NCBI GenBank assembly: GCA_934464615.1
Contig: CAKSKA010000001.1
Span: 103,159-167,158, forward strand
DNA length: 64,000 nt
Source: an uncultured Eubacteriales bacterium
GTDB lineage: Bacteria > Bacillota > Clostridia > Oscillospirales > Acutalibacteraceae
Direction: 5' to 3'
This document shows, in pieces, positions 18,170 to 27,887 of this stretch. The translations under genes were made by a program, and so were the position numbers. The stretch's first letter is position 1. Each line of letters starts with the position of its first letter. The notes beneath the pieces were generated by a model. It was not told where the DNA came from and did no database searches. It worked only from the letters and a program-made list of their open reading frames with translations.

Positions 18170-19192
18170 TCAGCGTTGCACTCTGCCGGAGCCGTCGCCC
18201 TTTGCAAGTTTTTCAACTTCGCTTACGGTTACACGGTTAAAGTCACCCTCTACCGAATGTTTAAGGGCAGATGCCGCAACCGCAAATTCAATGGCATCGG
18301 CAGTGTTTTTACCGGAAAGCAGAGCATAAATAAGTCCGCCGCCGAAACTGTCGCCGCCGCCTACACGGTCGACAATATGCAGGTGATATTCTTTTGAGAA
18401 GCAGTAATCTTTGCCGTCGTAAAGCATACCGGCCCAATTATTGTCCGAAGCGGAAATAGACGTGCGCAATGTAATTGCAACCTTTTCAAAATTAAACTTT
18501 TCCGCCAACTGTTTGGCAACGGATTTATAACCTTCCTTATTTAATTTGCCGCCGTAAATATCTGTGTTTTCCGCCTCAATACCAAATACGTCTTTGGCGT
18601 CCTCTTCGTTGGAAATACAAACATCAACATATTTGCAAAGTTCGCTCATAGCGGCATTTGCTTCCTGTCTTGTCCACAATTTACCGCGGTAGTTTAAATC
18701 ACAGGAAATTTTAACACCGTGGTTTTTAGCGGCAATGCACGCCTGTTTGCATATTTCCACCATATTACCGCCGAGCGCGGGGGTTATTCCTGTAAAGTGG
18801 AACCAATCGGCACCGTCAAATATTTCATCCCAATTAAAATCTTCCGGAACGGCCTTTTGTATTGCTGAGCCTGCGCGGTCATAAATACATACGCTTCCGC
18901 GCTGAGAGGCGCCCTTTTCAAGGTAATATATACCAACCCTGTCGCCGCCGCGCGTAATGTGCGATGTATCTACACCGAAATACCTTAACGAATTTACAGC
19001 CGCCTGACCTATTGCGTGTTCCGGCAACTTTGTTACAAAGGAAGCGTCCATGCCGAAATTCGCAAGGGAAACCGCAACATTTGCTTCACCGCCGCCGAAT
19101 GTGGCTTGCAGTTGATCGTTTTGGAAAAACCTGTAGTATCCGTTTGGTGCCAAACGGAGCATTATTTCACCGAAAGTAACTATTTTAGCCAT
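18170..19192 (-). CDS. kdgK: 2-dehydro-3-deoxygluconokinase (PfkB family)
   Basis: PfkB signatures GGGEANVAVSL and DRVGGGDSFGGGLIYAL. ATG 19192 lies behind AAGGAG and overlaps the eda stop by 8 nt. Confidence 0.88.
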   Translation of the reverse strand: MAKIVTFGEIMLRLAPNGYYRFFQNDQLQATFGGGEANVAVSLANFGMDASFVTKLPEHAIGQAAVNSLRYFGVDTSHITRGGDRVGIYYLEKGASQRGSVCIYDRAGSAIQKAVPEDFNWDEIFDGADWFHFTGITPALGGNMVEICKQACIAAKNHGVKISCDLNYRGKLWTRQEANAAMSELCKYVDVCISNEEDAKDVFGIEAENTDIYGGKLNKEGYKSVAKQLAEKFNFEKVAITLRTSISASDNNWAGMLYDGKDYCFSKEYHLHIVDRVGGGDSFGGGLIYALLSGKNTADAIEFAVAASALKHSVEGDFNRVTVSEVEKLAKGDGSGRVQR

Positions 19193-19832
19193 TGTTTCTG
19201 CACTCCTTAACAATTTTTACCGATTTTTCGCACAAAGCGGTTATTTCATCAAATTTACCGTTATCAATTAAATCGGCTGTTACCATATAAGAGCCGCCGC
19301 AGGCACATATTACCGGACAGGATATATATTCCGCAAGATTTTTAAGCGAGATACCGCCTGTGGGCATTACTTTAAACATGGGGAACGGCGCACTCATGGC
19401 TTTGATCTTTGCAAGTCCGCCGGATTGTTCGGCAGGGAAGAACTTAAGCACCTTAAGTCCGAGTTTATATGCCGTGTGGTAATCCGTAGGAGTAGTGCAG
19501 CCGGGGAAAATATCAATATTCCTGCTTTGCGCGTACTTTACAAGTTCCGTATCAAGTCCCGGTGTTACAATAAATTTTGCACCGGCATTGATTGCTTGGT
19601 CAATCTGTTCTGTTGTAAGAACCGTTCCGGCACCTACAGCCATTTCGGGATGTGCCTTGCTCATAATTTCAATTGCTTTTGCCGCGCCTGCCGCACGGAA
19701 TGTAACTTCCGCCACGGGAACACCGCCTGCACACAACGCGTCTGCCAACGGCTTAGCGTCACGCTCGGGATTGTTCAGTTTAATTACCGGAACAACACCG
19801 ATTTCGGTTACTTTGTCTGCTATGTAACTCAT
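19185..19832 (-). CDS. eda: 2-dehydro-3-deoxyphosphogluconate (KDPG) aldolase
   Basis: KDPG/KHG aldolase family pattern (GVPVAEVTFR, GAGTVLT, LKFFPAEQSGG). Paired with kdgK. Confidence 0.88.
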   Translation of the reverse strand: MSYIADKVTEIGVVPVIKLNNPERDAKPLADALCAGGVPVAEVTFRAAGAAKAIEIMSKAHPEMAVGAGTVLTTEQIDQAINAGAKFIVTPGLDTELVKYAQSRNIDIFPGCTTPTDYHTAYKLGLKVLKFFPAEQSGGLAKIKAMSAPFPMFKVMPTGGISLKNLAEYISCPVICACGGSYMVTADLIDNGKFDEITALCEKSVKIVKECRNNG

Positions 19833-19963
19833 TTAAAACACCTCTTAAGTATTTACATATATGTTATACAAGGTATGGAAAATATATATGTATTTATCTT
19901 GTACAACACAATGATAATATTTTACGTCGAGGCAGTCAACAACGATATTACGAAATATGCAAA

Positions 19964-20662
19964 CTATTTTACGATGTTTTTCTCCTTCATCATCCTTGCA
20001 ATATAAACAAAGGGCGTATCAAGCAGGCTTGTAAAAATATATATAACGTAACTTGAAATTACTATGGAAATCAATGTTTTATTATCATAAACACCGAAAA
20101 ATGCCGTAAAATTGAATATAACGGTATTTACTATTTGCGAAATAAGTGTTGAAAAGTTGTTTCTGAACCATAAAAAGCGATGTCTGTCGCCGCTTTTTTC
20201 AGATGTAAGATCCCACCATTTGTGGTATAAAAACACATCAAGACGCTGCGATACGGCATATCCCAATATGCTTGCCGCCACAAGACGCGGTGTTGTGGAA
20301 AATATTACAGACAGGCTTTCCCGTGCAAAGTCGTTTTCGCTTGGTGTATATAAAAACCAAAATTGCGAAAGGCCGAGCATTGCAACTGCTGCAAAAATGC
20401 CTATGTATACGGCTTTGTTTGCTGCTTTTTTTCCGTAATTTTCACTTAAAATATCCGTTATAAGATATGTGCTTGCAAACAAAACATTTCCGAGCGTCTG
20501 CTCCATACCGAAAGCGCGTATTAAAAGCAGCACTTCAATATTTGCCAAAACGGTGGCGATTACCGTAAAAGCAAACAGTCCGGACTTTCCGAAAAGGCGG
20601 TATGCCAGCAGCACGCCGCCGTAGATTATAACAACCGATAGTAAAAGCAATAATTCATTCAT
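19964..20662 (-). CDS. Queuosine-precursor transporter, YhhQ/VUT (DUF165) family
   Basis: Multi-TM protein with family-like motifs (FASTYLITDILSENYG, GYAVSQRLDVFLYHKWW, STLISQIVNTVIF) resembling E. coli YhhQ. Confidence 0.75.
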   Translation of the reverse strand: MNELLLLLSVVIIYGGVLLAYRLFGKSGLFAFTVIATVLANIEVLLLIRAFGMEQTLGNVLFASTYLITDILSENYGKKAANKAVYIGIFAAVAMLGLSQFWFLYTPSENDFARESLSVIFSTTPRLVAASILGYAVSQRLDVFLYHKWWDLTSEKSGDRHRFLWFRNNFSTLISQIVNTVIFNFTAFFGVYDNKTLISIVISSYVIYIFTSLLDTPFVYIARMMKEKNIVK

Positions 20663-20760
20663 TAGTTTTTTCTCCTTAGCGTGACAGGATTCGAACCTGC
20701 CGCGGTTTCGCTCGCCGCCTTTTAGATTGCGGCTTTGCGTTTATTTTTGCAAGGCGTCAT
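20663..20760 (-). promoter_or_regulatory. Structured 5' leader of the YhhQ-family gene, candidate preQ1-type riboswitch (class not determined)
   Basis: Minus-strand CGCCUU can pair either with AAGGCG about 35 nt downstream or with the SD AAGGAG. There are internal hairpins GCGG-CGAGCGAAA-CCGC and CAGG-UUCGAAU-CCUG. Genes of this family are often preQ1-regulated. Confidence 0.3.
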
Positions 20761-20834
20761 ATTTCAAGTTTTGAGGCAATGTATTATGCAAAATTTTGTT
20801 TCGTAGGCGTGACAGGTTCGAGTCCTGTCATGCT

Positions 20835-20869
20835 AAAAAGGCTGCAAAAAACTTTCGTTTTTTACAGCC
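20835..20869 (-). terminator. Intrinsic terminator after nfnB
   Basis: Minus strand: GGCTGTAAAAAAC-gaaa-GTTTTTTGCAGCC followed by TTTTT. Confidence 0.7.
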
Positions 20870-20947
20870 CGGTTACATTCCTAAAGTCCATAGTTTTGTT
20901 TTGTGACAGGATGGTTACGAACTGTCAGTTATTTAAATGTATAAAAC

Positions 20948-22372
20948 TTATTTGTTTTTATTTTTAATGTACTCGTCAATAGCCGCTGCCGCATTCTTTC
21001 CGGCACCCATTGCAAGTATAACCGTTGCAGCGCCCGTTACCGCGTCGCCGCCGGCAAATATGCCTTCTCTCGAAGTCTGTCCGGTTGCTTCATCCGCAAT
21101 AATTCCGCCCCACTTTTGCGTTTCAAGATCGTGTGTTGTGGATTTTATAAGCGGATTGGGCGACGTACCCAGCGCCATAATTACGCAGTCAACATCAATC
21201 TCAAATTCACTGTTTTCCTTTACAATAGGTCTGCGTCTGCCTGATGCGTCCGGCTCGCCGAGTTCCATTTCAATACATTTAATTCCCGTAACAAATCCGT
21301 TTTTCGGATCCCTGCGGTCGTTTTCGTTCCTGTAACCGTAGATTTCCACCGGATTTGTAAGCGTTTTGAAGATTATGCCTTCCTCCATGGCATGTTCAAC
21401 CTCTTCATGCCTTGCGGGTAATTCTTCCATACCTCTGCGGTATATTATGTAAACCTCTGCGCCAAGACGTTTTGCACATCTTGCTGCGTCCATGGCAACG
21501 TTACCGCCGCCTACCACCGCAACTTTTTTCGGATGCTGCACAGGTGTGTCGCTGTCGGGGGTATAGGCTTTCATAAGATTGATTCTTGTTAAAAATTCAT
21601 TTGCAGAGTAAACGCCTTTGTAGTTTTCACCCGGTATATTCATAAATTTGGGCAGTCCTGCACCGGAGCCTATAAATACCGCCTCAAAACCGTATTCATC
21701 AAGCAGTTCGTCGACCGAGAAAGTCCTGCCTATAACGGTGTTGGTCTCTATTTTAACACCGAGTTTTTTAAGTCCTTCTATTTCGGTTTGCACTATGGAT
21801 TTCGGCAGTCTGAATTCCGGAATACCGTAAACCAAAACACCGCCTGCAACGTGCAGCGCTTCAAAAACGGTTACTTCGTAACCCATTTTTGCAAGATCGC
21901 CCGCACAGGTAAGTCCCGAGGGACCTGAGCCTACAACCGCTACTTTGTGACCGTTGCTTGTTAATTTCTTTTTAATGTCATTATCAACAGTAGAATTGTG
22001 ATAATCGGCAACAAATCTTTCAAGTCTGCCTATGCCTACGCTTTCCGCCTTTATACCGCGCACACATTTGCCTTCGCACTGTTTTTCCTGCGGGCATACC
22101 CTGCCGCAGACTGCCGGAAGGGAAGAGGAAAGCGCAATTACGTCATATGCGCCTTCAAAATCGCCTTCGGCAACTTTGGCAATAAACTCCGGAATGTGTA
22201 TTTTTACGGGACATCCGGAAATACACGGTTTTGTTTTGCAGTTAAGGCAGCGCTTTGCTTCGCTTACGGCGTCCTGTGCGCTGTAACCCAACGCTACCTC
22301 GTCAAAGTTTTTATTGCGTATATCTGCCGGCTGCACCGGCATTTCGTGCTTTTTAGGCGACATATCAGCCAT
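20948..22372 (-). CDS. nfnB: NADH-dependent reduced ferredoxin:NADP+ oxidoreductase subunit B (GltD-like)
   Basis: N-terminal Cys clusters (CLNCKTKPCISGCPV; CGRVCPQEKQCEGKC). Two Rossmann GxGxxG motifs (VVGSGPSGL, VVGGGNVAMD). ATG 22372 behind AAGGGGG overlaps the nfnA stop by 8 nt. Confidence 0.82.
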   Translation of the reverse strand: MADMSPKKHEMPVQPADIRNKNFDEVALGYSAQDAVSEAKRCLNCKTKPCISGCPVKIHIPEFIAKVAEGDFEGAYDVIALSSSLPAVCGRVCPQEKQCEGKCVRGIKAESVGIGRLERFVADYHNSTVDNDIKKKLTSNGHKVAVVGSGPSGLTCAGDLAKMGYEVTVFEALHVAGGVLVYGIPEFRLPKSIVQTEIEGLKKLGVKIETNTVIGRTFSVDELLDEYGFEAVFIGSGAGLPKFMNIPGENYKGVYSANEFLTRINLMKAYTPDSDTPVQHPKKVAVVGGGNVAMDAARCAKRLGAEVYIIYRRGMEELPARHEEVEHAMEEGIIFKTLTNPVEIYGYRNENDRRDPKNGFVTGIKCIEMELGEPDASGRRRPIVKENSEFEIDVDCVIMALGTSPNPLIKSTTHDLETQKWGGIIADEATGQTSREGIFAGGDAVTGAATVILAMGAGKNAAAAIDEYIKNKNK

Positions 22373-23213
22373 TGTTTTGCGCCCCCTTAAAAAGATTGCA
22401 GGTTTCTTCGTATTTATGCTTTTCAAAATCTGCATACATATTGCTTCTTGACATTGCTTCGTCAAAGTCAATTTCGTGTCCGTCAAATTCAGGACCGTCA
22501 ACACAGGCAAACACGGTCTTTCCGCCGACGCTCAATCGGCATCCGCCGCACATACCCGTGCCGTCTATCATAATCGGATTCATGGAAGCCACTGTTTTAA
22601 CGCCGTATTCGCGTGTTAAATTGCACACAAATTTCATCATTATCAGCGGACCTATCGTTATAACTTCGTCAAACTGTTCGCCGCTGTCAAGCAATTCTTT
22701 AAGCGCATCGGTAACAAGTCCTTTTTTGCCCGCGGTGCCGTCGTCGCTTACAAGTATATAGCGGGATGATGCTTTTTTAAACTCATCCTCTAAAATAACA
22801 AGGTCCTTGTTTCTGAATCCTGTTATTGCGGTAACGTCACAGCCGGATTCGTGCAGTTTTTTTGTAACGGGGTAGGCAATTGCACAGCCTACGCCGCCGC
22901 CTATAACGGCAACCTTTTTAAGTCCCTCGGTGTGAGTCGGCCGACCGAGAGGTCCTACGAAATCCTCAATAAAACCGCCCTCATTTTTCTCGGCCAGTTT
23001 TTTTGTTGTTGCGCCTACAATTTGGAATATTATTGTAACGCTGCCGCTGCTGCGGTCAAAATCGGCTACGGTAAGCGGTATGCGCTCTCCGTTTTTATCG
23101 GTGCGCAGAATTATAAACTGACCGGGCTCAACCTTTTTTGCAACTGCAGGGGCTTCTATATCCATTAAAACCACTGTCGGATTAAGCACTTTTTTGCGCA
23201 GTATCCTATACAT
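22365..23213 (-). CDS. nfnA: NfnA / PyrK-like FAD-binding electron-transfer subunit
   Basis: Ferredoxin-reductase-like fold with a C-terminal [2Fe-2S] motif (GTGMCGGCRL...ACVDGP). Paired with the GltD-like subunit. Confidence 0.82.
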   Translation of the reverse strand: MYRILRKKVLNPTVVLMDIEAPAVAKKVEPGQFIILRTDKNGERIPLTVADFDRSSGSVTIIFQIVGATTKKLAEKNEGGFIEDFVGPLGRPTHTEGLKKVAVIGGGVGCAIAYPVTKKLHESGCDVTAITGFRNKDLVILEDEFKKASSRYILVSDDGTAGKKGLVTDALKELLDSGEQFDEVITIGPLIMMKFVCNLTREYGVKTVASMNPIMIDGTGMCGGCRLSVGGKTVFACVDGPEFDGHEIDFDEAMSRSNMYADFEKHKYEETCNLFKGAQNNG

Positions 23214-23349
23214 CAGTTATTCCTCCAATATAAAAAGTATAACGCGTATATTATACTATAAGTATTGAACAAAATCTACATTTTTGTTGAAATTAATTTT
23301 TAGAATGATATAATATAGGCAAAATTGGTTGAAATGAGGGAAGATTTAC

Positions 23350-25683
23350 ATGCGCGATATAATTTGTTTTGATAAGGGCTGGAGATTTCATAAAGGCAAT
23401 ATAGAATATCCCACACCGAATGCAAAAGGCATTATGTATTCACAGGCGAAAACAAAGCGGAAGGAATACGGACCGGCATCTGTAAATTATGACAGTGCAC
23501 CTGATTCTTACGATAAATCAAAGGGCATTAACCCTGACAGATGGGATAATGTGGATCTTCCGCATGATTATATGATAGAGTGTGTACCGAATGAAAACAA
23601 CAATAATGCTCTTGGTTACGTTAAATATGAAAATGCGTGGTATGTAAAGCGTTTTAATATTGATAAATCTGATGAGAGCAGACGCTTAAAGTTGTATTTC
23701 GAGGGCGTTGCGACTCATGCAACCGTGTATGTAAACGGTTGCCTTATGTGCCATAACTTTTGTGGATATACCTCTTTTGAAATAGATTTTACCAACATTG
23801 CACGCTTCGGGGGAGAAAATGTTGTGTCGGTATATGTTTCGACCGATGAAAAAGAGGGCTGGTGGTACGAAGGCGGTGGAATTTACAGACACGTTTGGCT
23901 GATAAAAACACATCCGGTGGCAGTTGACCTATACGGCGTTTACGCAAAAAACAAGTATAATGGTGACGGCAATTGGGAAACATTAGTAACAACTACCGTA
24001 CGTAATGATTTATTCGAAGATTTTTCGGGCAGGATTAAAACCGAACTTATTGACAAAAACGGAAATGTTATTTGTGAAAAATATGATAGTTTTTGTGTCG
24101 AACGTAAATTCAAAGTCGATATCAAACAACCTTTTAATGTTGAAAATCCGCAGCTCTGGGATATTGATGCTCCGAATATGTACAGCGTTAAAACAGTAAT
24201 TTATGATGCGAACGGCAATATTGAAGATGAAGTTACAACACCGTATGGATACAGGACAGTGGAATTTTCGTCAAAAGGATTTTTCCTTAACGGCAAAAAG
24301 CAAATAATAAAGGGTGTTTGTTGTCATCAGGATTACGGTATAACCGGCAAAGCCGTACCTGATAACATTCATCGCTATCGCATGCGGCTTATGAAAGAAA
24401 TGGGCGCAAATGCACTGCGTACATCGCACTACCCTAATGCTATTGCAACAATGGATGCCTGCGATAAGTACGGCGTTATGGTAATGAACGAAACCAGATG
24501 GTTTGAGTCTACAAAAGAGGGACTTGAACAACTTGAAATGCTTATAAAAAGAGATCGTAACAGACCTTGTGTTATTATGTGGAGCATAGGAAATGAAGAA
24601 CCTTTTTTTGCAACGGATGAAGGCAGACGCATTGCGGAGGATATGTATGCGTTTGCAAAACGGCTTGACGATACAAGACCTGTCATGGCAGCAATTTCCC
24701 ACACGCCGGCAAACGCAACAATAAACGGTATAAACGATGTTATAGGTGTTAACTACAATTTGCCGGACTATGACATTTTGCATGAAAAATTTCCGGATAA
24801 AGCCATTTTTGCGTCGGAATGTTGTGCTACGGGCACAACACGCGGTTGGTACTTACCCAATGACGATAAACACGGCAGAATTTACGGCTATGACAGGGAT
24901 ACAAATAATTGGTTCAGGGGTAGGGAAAATACATGGAAATTTTTAATGGAAAGAGATTTTATCTGCGGCGGATTTCAGTGGGCAGGTACGGAGCATAGGG
25001 GAGAAACCGTCTGGCCGAGACTTTGCTCTGCTTCGGGGGCATATGATTTGTTCTTGATAAAAAAGGATGCTTTTTATCAAAACCTTTCACACTGGACGGA
25101 CAGGCCGATGTTGCATATACTGCCGCATTGGAATATGTTCGGTTTTGAAGGTCAGGAAATTTTAGTTCAGGTGTACAATAATTGTGAGGAAATAGAGCTT
25201 TTTGTTAACGGCGAAAGCATGGGTACACAAAAGATGGAAAAATACAGCCGTGCTTCTTACAATGTTGTTTATAAACCGGGTGAAATTACCGCAATCGGTA
25301 GAATAGGCGGCAATGATGTTGCCGTACAAACAATTAAAACCACCGGTAAGGCAGTAAAACTTAAACTTGAACTGCAAAATGGGGATGATATTAAGGCAAA
25401 TGGCAACGATATTGCGGTTATACATTGCACCTGTCTTGATGAAAACGGACTTTTTGTTCCGGATGCGGATCCGTTTGTCAGCTTTACAACAAACGGACTC
25501 GGTATTGTGGTGGGTACGGGAAGCGATAATACCGACCATAATTTGCCGTCTTGTCCGGATAGAAAAATGTATGCCGGAGTAATAGCTGTTGCGGTAAAAC
25601 TCGGTACCGGAAGCGGCGTCTTAAGTGTTTATGCAAGTGCAGATTCGATGATACCTGCAAGGATAGATATTCCGATTAATTAA
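23350..25683 (+). CDS. Glycoside hydrolase family 2 (beta-galactosidase/beta-glucuronidase-like), cytoplasmic
   Basis: GH2 layout: N-terminal sugar-binding domain (FEGVATHATVYVNG), then a TIM barrel with NALRTSHYP and WSIGNEE. No signal peptide. Confidence 0.85.
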   Translation: MRDIICFDKGWRFHKGNIEYPTPNAKGIMYSQAKTKRKEYGPASVNYDSAPDSYDKSKGINPDRWDNVDLPHDYMIECVPNENNNNALGYVKYENAWYVKRFNIDKSDESRRLKLYFEGVATHATVYVNGCLMCHNFCGYTSFEIDFTNIARFGGENVVSVYVSTDEKEGWWYEGGGIYRHVWLIKTHPVAVDLYGVYAKNKYNGDGNWETLVTTTVRNDLFEDFSGRIKTELIDKNGNVICEKYDSFCVERKFKVDIKQPFNVENPQLWDIDAPNMYSVKTVIYDANGNIEDEVTTPYGYRTVEFSSKGFFLNGKKQIIKGVCCHQDYGITGKAVPDNIHRYRMRLMKEMGANALRTSHYPNAIATMDACDKYGVMVMNETRWFESTKEGLEQLEMLIKRDRNRPCVIMWSIGNEEPFFATDEGRRIAEDMYAFAKRLDDTRPVMAAISHTPANATINGINDVIGVNYNLPDYDILHEKFPDKAIFASECCATGTTRGWYLPNDDKHGRIYGYDRDTNNWFRGRENTWKFLMERDFICGGFQWAGTEHRGETVWPRLCSASGAYDLFLIKKDAFYQNLSHWTDRPMLHILPHWNMFGFEGQEILVQVYNNCEEIELFVNGESMGTQKMEKYSRASYNVVYKPGEITAIGRIGGNDVAVQTIKTTGKAVKLKLELQNGDDIKANGNDIAVIHCTCLDENGLFVPDADPFVSFTTNGLGIVVGTGSDNTDHNLPSCPDRKMYAGVIAVAVKLGTGSGVLSVYASADSMIPARIDIPIN

Positions 25684-25739
25684 ATGTAAAATATAAGCCG
25701 ACTGCAAAACTTTGCGGTCGGCTGACATTATTATTGTTA

Positions 25740-26816
25740 TTATTTGAAAAATTTATCTACTGTTTTTTCACAGTATTCGTTAAGCGAATCGAAGTCCATT
25801 ATATCTATAAAGTATTTTTCCATTTGGTCGTGCAGTGCTTTTGCGGTCTGCAGTGATGAAATTGCCGCACCGAGAAGTTCCTTTGCAATGCGTTTGTTGA
25901 AATTTAATTTTTGACGGTTGCGGTTTAGTTTTGCCATATCCGTAAAACGCCTTGAATGTATGCGTCTGGCAGGGGAATCAATGCTCATAAAATCGTTTTC
26001 CGTGCAGAAGGCGAGGGATAATTCCGGAATTATTATGTGATCCGTTATATCGCCCGGCAACAAAGCGTTTTTAACGGTTATAATTTCATATCCGTTTTTA
26101 AGCGCAATGTCGCGAATCACCGACATAAACACACTGCTTACCGCACCGTATTTGTCGGATATTATTATTTGGCGGTCGCTTTCTTTTGTAATTGTATCAC
26201 CGTAAAATACAAGACCGTCGGGAGTGATTCCGCTTAAAAACCTTACCCATTCCCGTCCTTTTTTATCGGTAGGCGGCAAGTTGGCTTTTGCGGCGGCACA
26301 GGCAAATTTAACGGTTTTTTCAATATCGGCGGCACTAAGTTGTGCTGCAAAACCGTATTTTGCAATTTGACCGGCAGCGGTTATATATTGTGCGGCTTTT
26401 TTGTGATATGCACTGTTCAGCGCAAATAAATCAAGCAGCTTTTCTCTCTTTCCGTCAAGGCCTTTTTCATTCCAAAAATCACCTGTATTTATTATCTGTT
26501 CGCAAACGGCGGGATACTTCGGCTCCACAATATGCGGCGCGGTGCCGTCAAGTATAATTTTTTTGCAGTCGGGCAGTATTACCGCGTCAAGCGAAAACGG
26601 ATCGGAACTGCACGGGCATAGTATGCACTTTTCGCCCATACCTGCGGCCTTTTTGGCGATTTTTTTCATAAGCGATGATTTTCCCGTGCCGGGGCCGCCT
26701 TTTATTATGTATGCAAGCCAGCCGTCGTGTACATCGTAACTGTTTTTAAATTCGTTTATAAATCCTTCGGCGGAATTGGCTCCCAGAAAATATCGCGGCA
26801 AAAAATCAAGATTCAT
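25740..26816 (-). CDS. P-loop NTPase of unknown function
   Basis: Walker A GGPGTGKSS near the N-terminus. 358 aa. Resembles the uncharacterised Firmicutes ATPase family I recall as PRK06851; this was not verified. Confidence 0.55.
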   Translation of the reverse strand: MNLDFLPRYFLGANSAEGFINEFKNSYDVHDGWLAYIIKGGPGTGKSSLMKKIAKKAAGMGEKCILCPCSSDPFSLDAVILPDCKKIILDGTAPHIVEPKYPAVCEQIINTGDFWNEKGLDGKREKLLDLFALNSAYHKKAAQYITAAGQIAKYGFAAQLSAADIEKTVKFACAAAKANLPPTDKKGREWVRFLSGITPDGLVFYGDTITKESDRQIIISDKYGAVSSVFMSVIRDIALKNGYEIITVKNALLPGDITDHIIIPELSLAFCTENDFMSIDSPARRIHSRRFTDMAKLNRNRQKLNFNKRIAKELLGAAISSLQTAKALHDQMEKYFIDIMDFDSLNEYCEKTVDKFFK

Positions 26817-26872
26817 ATAAATACCTCCGTAGTTTTTTTAAGTCTTTACATAATATTCCCGAATATTTGTCT

Positions 26873-26901
26873 TTGACACATTAAAAAAATTGTGATAAAA
26901 T
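26873..26901 (+). promoter_or_regulatory. Promoter of rnpB
   Basis: TTGACA-17 nt-TAAAAT with an extended TGA. The predicted start (~26908) coincides with the 5' end of the P1 helix. Confidence 0.65.
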
Positions 26902-26907
26902 AAAAAT

Positions 26908-27235
26908 GAGTTAATTGAACGGCTGCGTGTGGCAACACATGAGGAAAGTCCGAGCCCCGCAGGACAGGATAGCAGCTAACGGCTGCCGATGGTGACATTA
27001 GGGAAAGTGCAACAGAGATATACCGCCGCATATTAAGCGGTAAGGGTGGAAAGGCGAGGTAAGAGCTCACCGGCTGTCCGGAGACGGAACAGCCCTGTAA
27101 ACCCTATCCGGAGCAACGCTGACAAAGGCTATACACTTGTCCGGTGTGCCTTGAAAAGCGGCTTGAGCGTCGGAGCGATCCGACGTCGAGACAGATAGTC
27201 GTTCACGACAGAACTCGGCTTACAGATTAACTCGT
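26908..27235 (+). ncRNA. rnpB: RNase P RNA, bacterial type A
   Basis: Universal GAGGAAAGTCCG (P4 5' strand), GGTAAGAGCTCACC, and 3' ACAGAACTCGGCTTACAG. Terminal P1 pairing GAGTTAAT / ATTAACTC. Confidence 0.9.
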
Positions 27236-27237
27236 TT

Positions 27238-27267
27238 AAAAGCAATGCATTTTACGGCATTGCTTTT
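27238..27267 (+). terminator. Intrinsic terminator after rnpB
   Basis: AAAGCAATGC-attttacg-GCATTGCTTTT. Confidence 0.75.
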
Positions 27268-27358
27268 ATAATTTAATTTAAATTTTCAATTTAAAACGCT
27301 TGACAAAAAATGGCGACACATATATAATATATACCGTGACTATTGGAGGGGAAATTCT

Positions 27359-27856
27359 GTGATATTGGATTTAAAAAAGGCTTTTATAACAGAAAATTAT
27401 TCCTCTGCGGTAGAATATGACCTTGATTTGTCGGATATTTCTTACGGTGCGCTGCATCCGCTGCGCGATCCCGTAAAAGTTTCGGCAAAGGTTGAAAACC
27501 GTGCCGGTGTTGTACTGTTAAGTATACACTGTACTGCTTTTTACAATGCACCGTGTGACCGCTGCGGCGAGGAATGCACAGAGGAAATTGCGGTGGATAG
27601 TGAGTATATCCTTGCTACCGAACTTGAAAATGAGGATAATGACACTATCCTGCTTGTAAGCGACATGGAGCTTAACTTGGACGAGCTTTGCAGGACAGAC
27701 GTATTGCTTCATATCCCGACGAAGCATCTCTGCAGTAAAAATTGCAAGGGCATTTGCTCAGGCTGCGGGAAAAATCTTAACAGGGAAAAGTGTATCTGTC
27801 CCCCACAGGAAACAGATCCGCGACTTGCACCGTTGGCACAGCTGTTGAAAGATTAG
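27359..27856 (+). CDS. yceD: YceD/DUF177 family protein (large ribosomal subunit accumulation)
   Basis: C-terminal Cys cluster CSKNCKGICSGCGKNLN. Conserved position directly upstream of rpmF. GTG start behind GGAGGGG. Confidence 0.8.
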   Translation: MILDLKKAFITENYSSAVEYDLDLSDISYGALHPLRDPVKVSAKVENRAGVVLLSIHCTAFYNAPCDRCGEECTEEIAVDSEYILATELENEDNDTILLVSDMELNLDELCRTDVLLHIPTKHLCSKNCKGICSGCGKNLNREKCICPPQETDPRLAPLAQLLKD

Positions 27857-27887
27857 AAAATTAAGTATTTTAAGGAGGATTACCGAA

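Noticed and set aside
20679-20930. Possible tRNA genes suggested by GGTTCGAATCC-type sequences.
   Set aside because: No complementary acceptor stem, D arm or anticodon arm could be found at the right distances. They are kept only as T-arm-like hairpins in the findings.
19185-22372. Two gene junctions share almost the same overlap sequence: AACAATGGCTAA (eda/kdgK, near 19185-19196) and AACAATGGCTGA (nfnA/nfnB, near 22365-22376). Both encode ...NNG-stop overlapping Met-Ala.
   Set aside because: This is a 12-nt similarity with no extended homology around it. It is most simply a coincidence of two 8-nt translationally coupled overlaps.
26846-27070. 74-aa minus-strand ORF.
   Set aside because: It overlaps the RNase P RNA gene, whose conserved motifs and P1 pairing explain this sequence.
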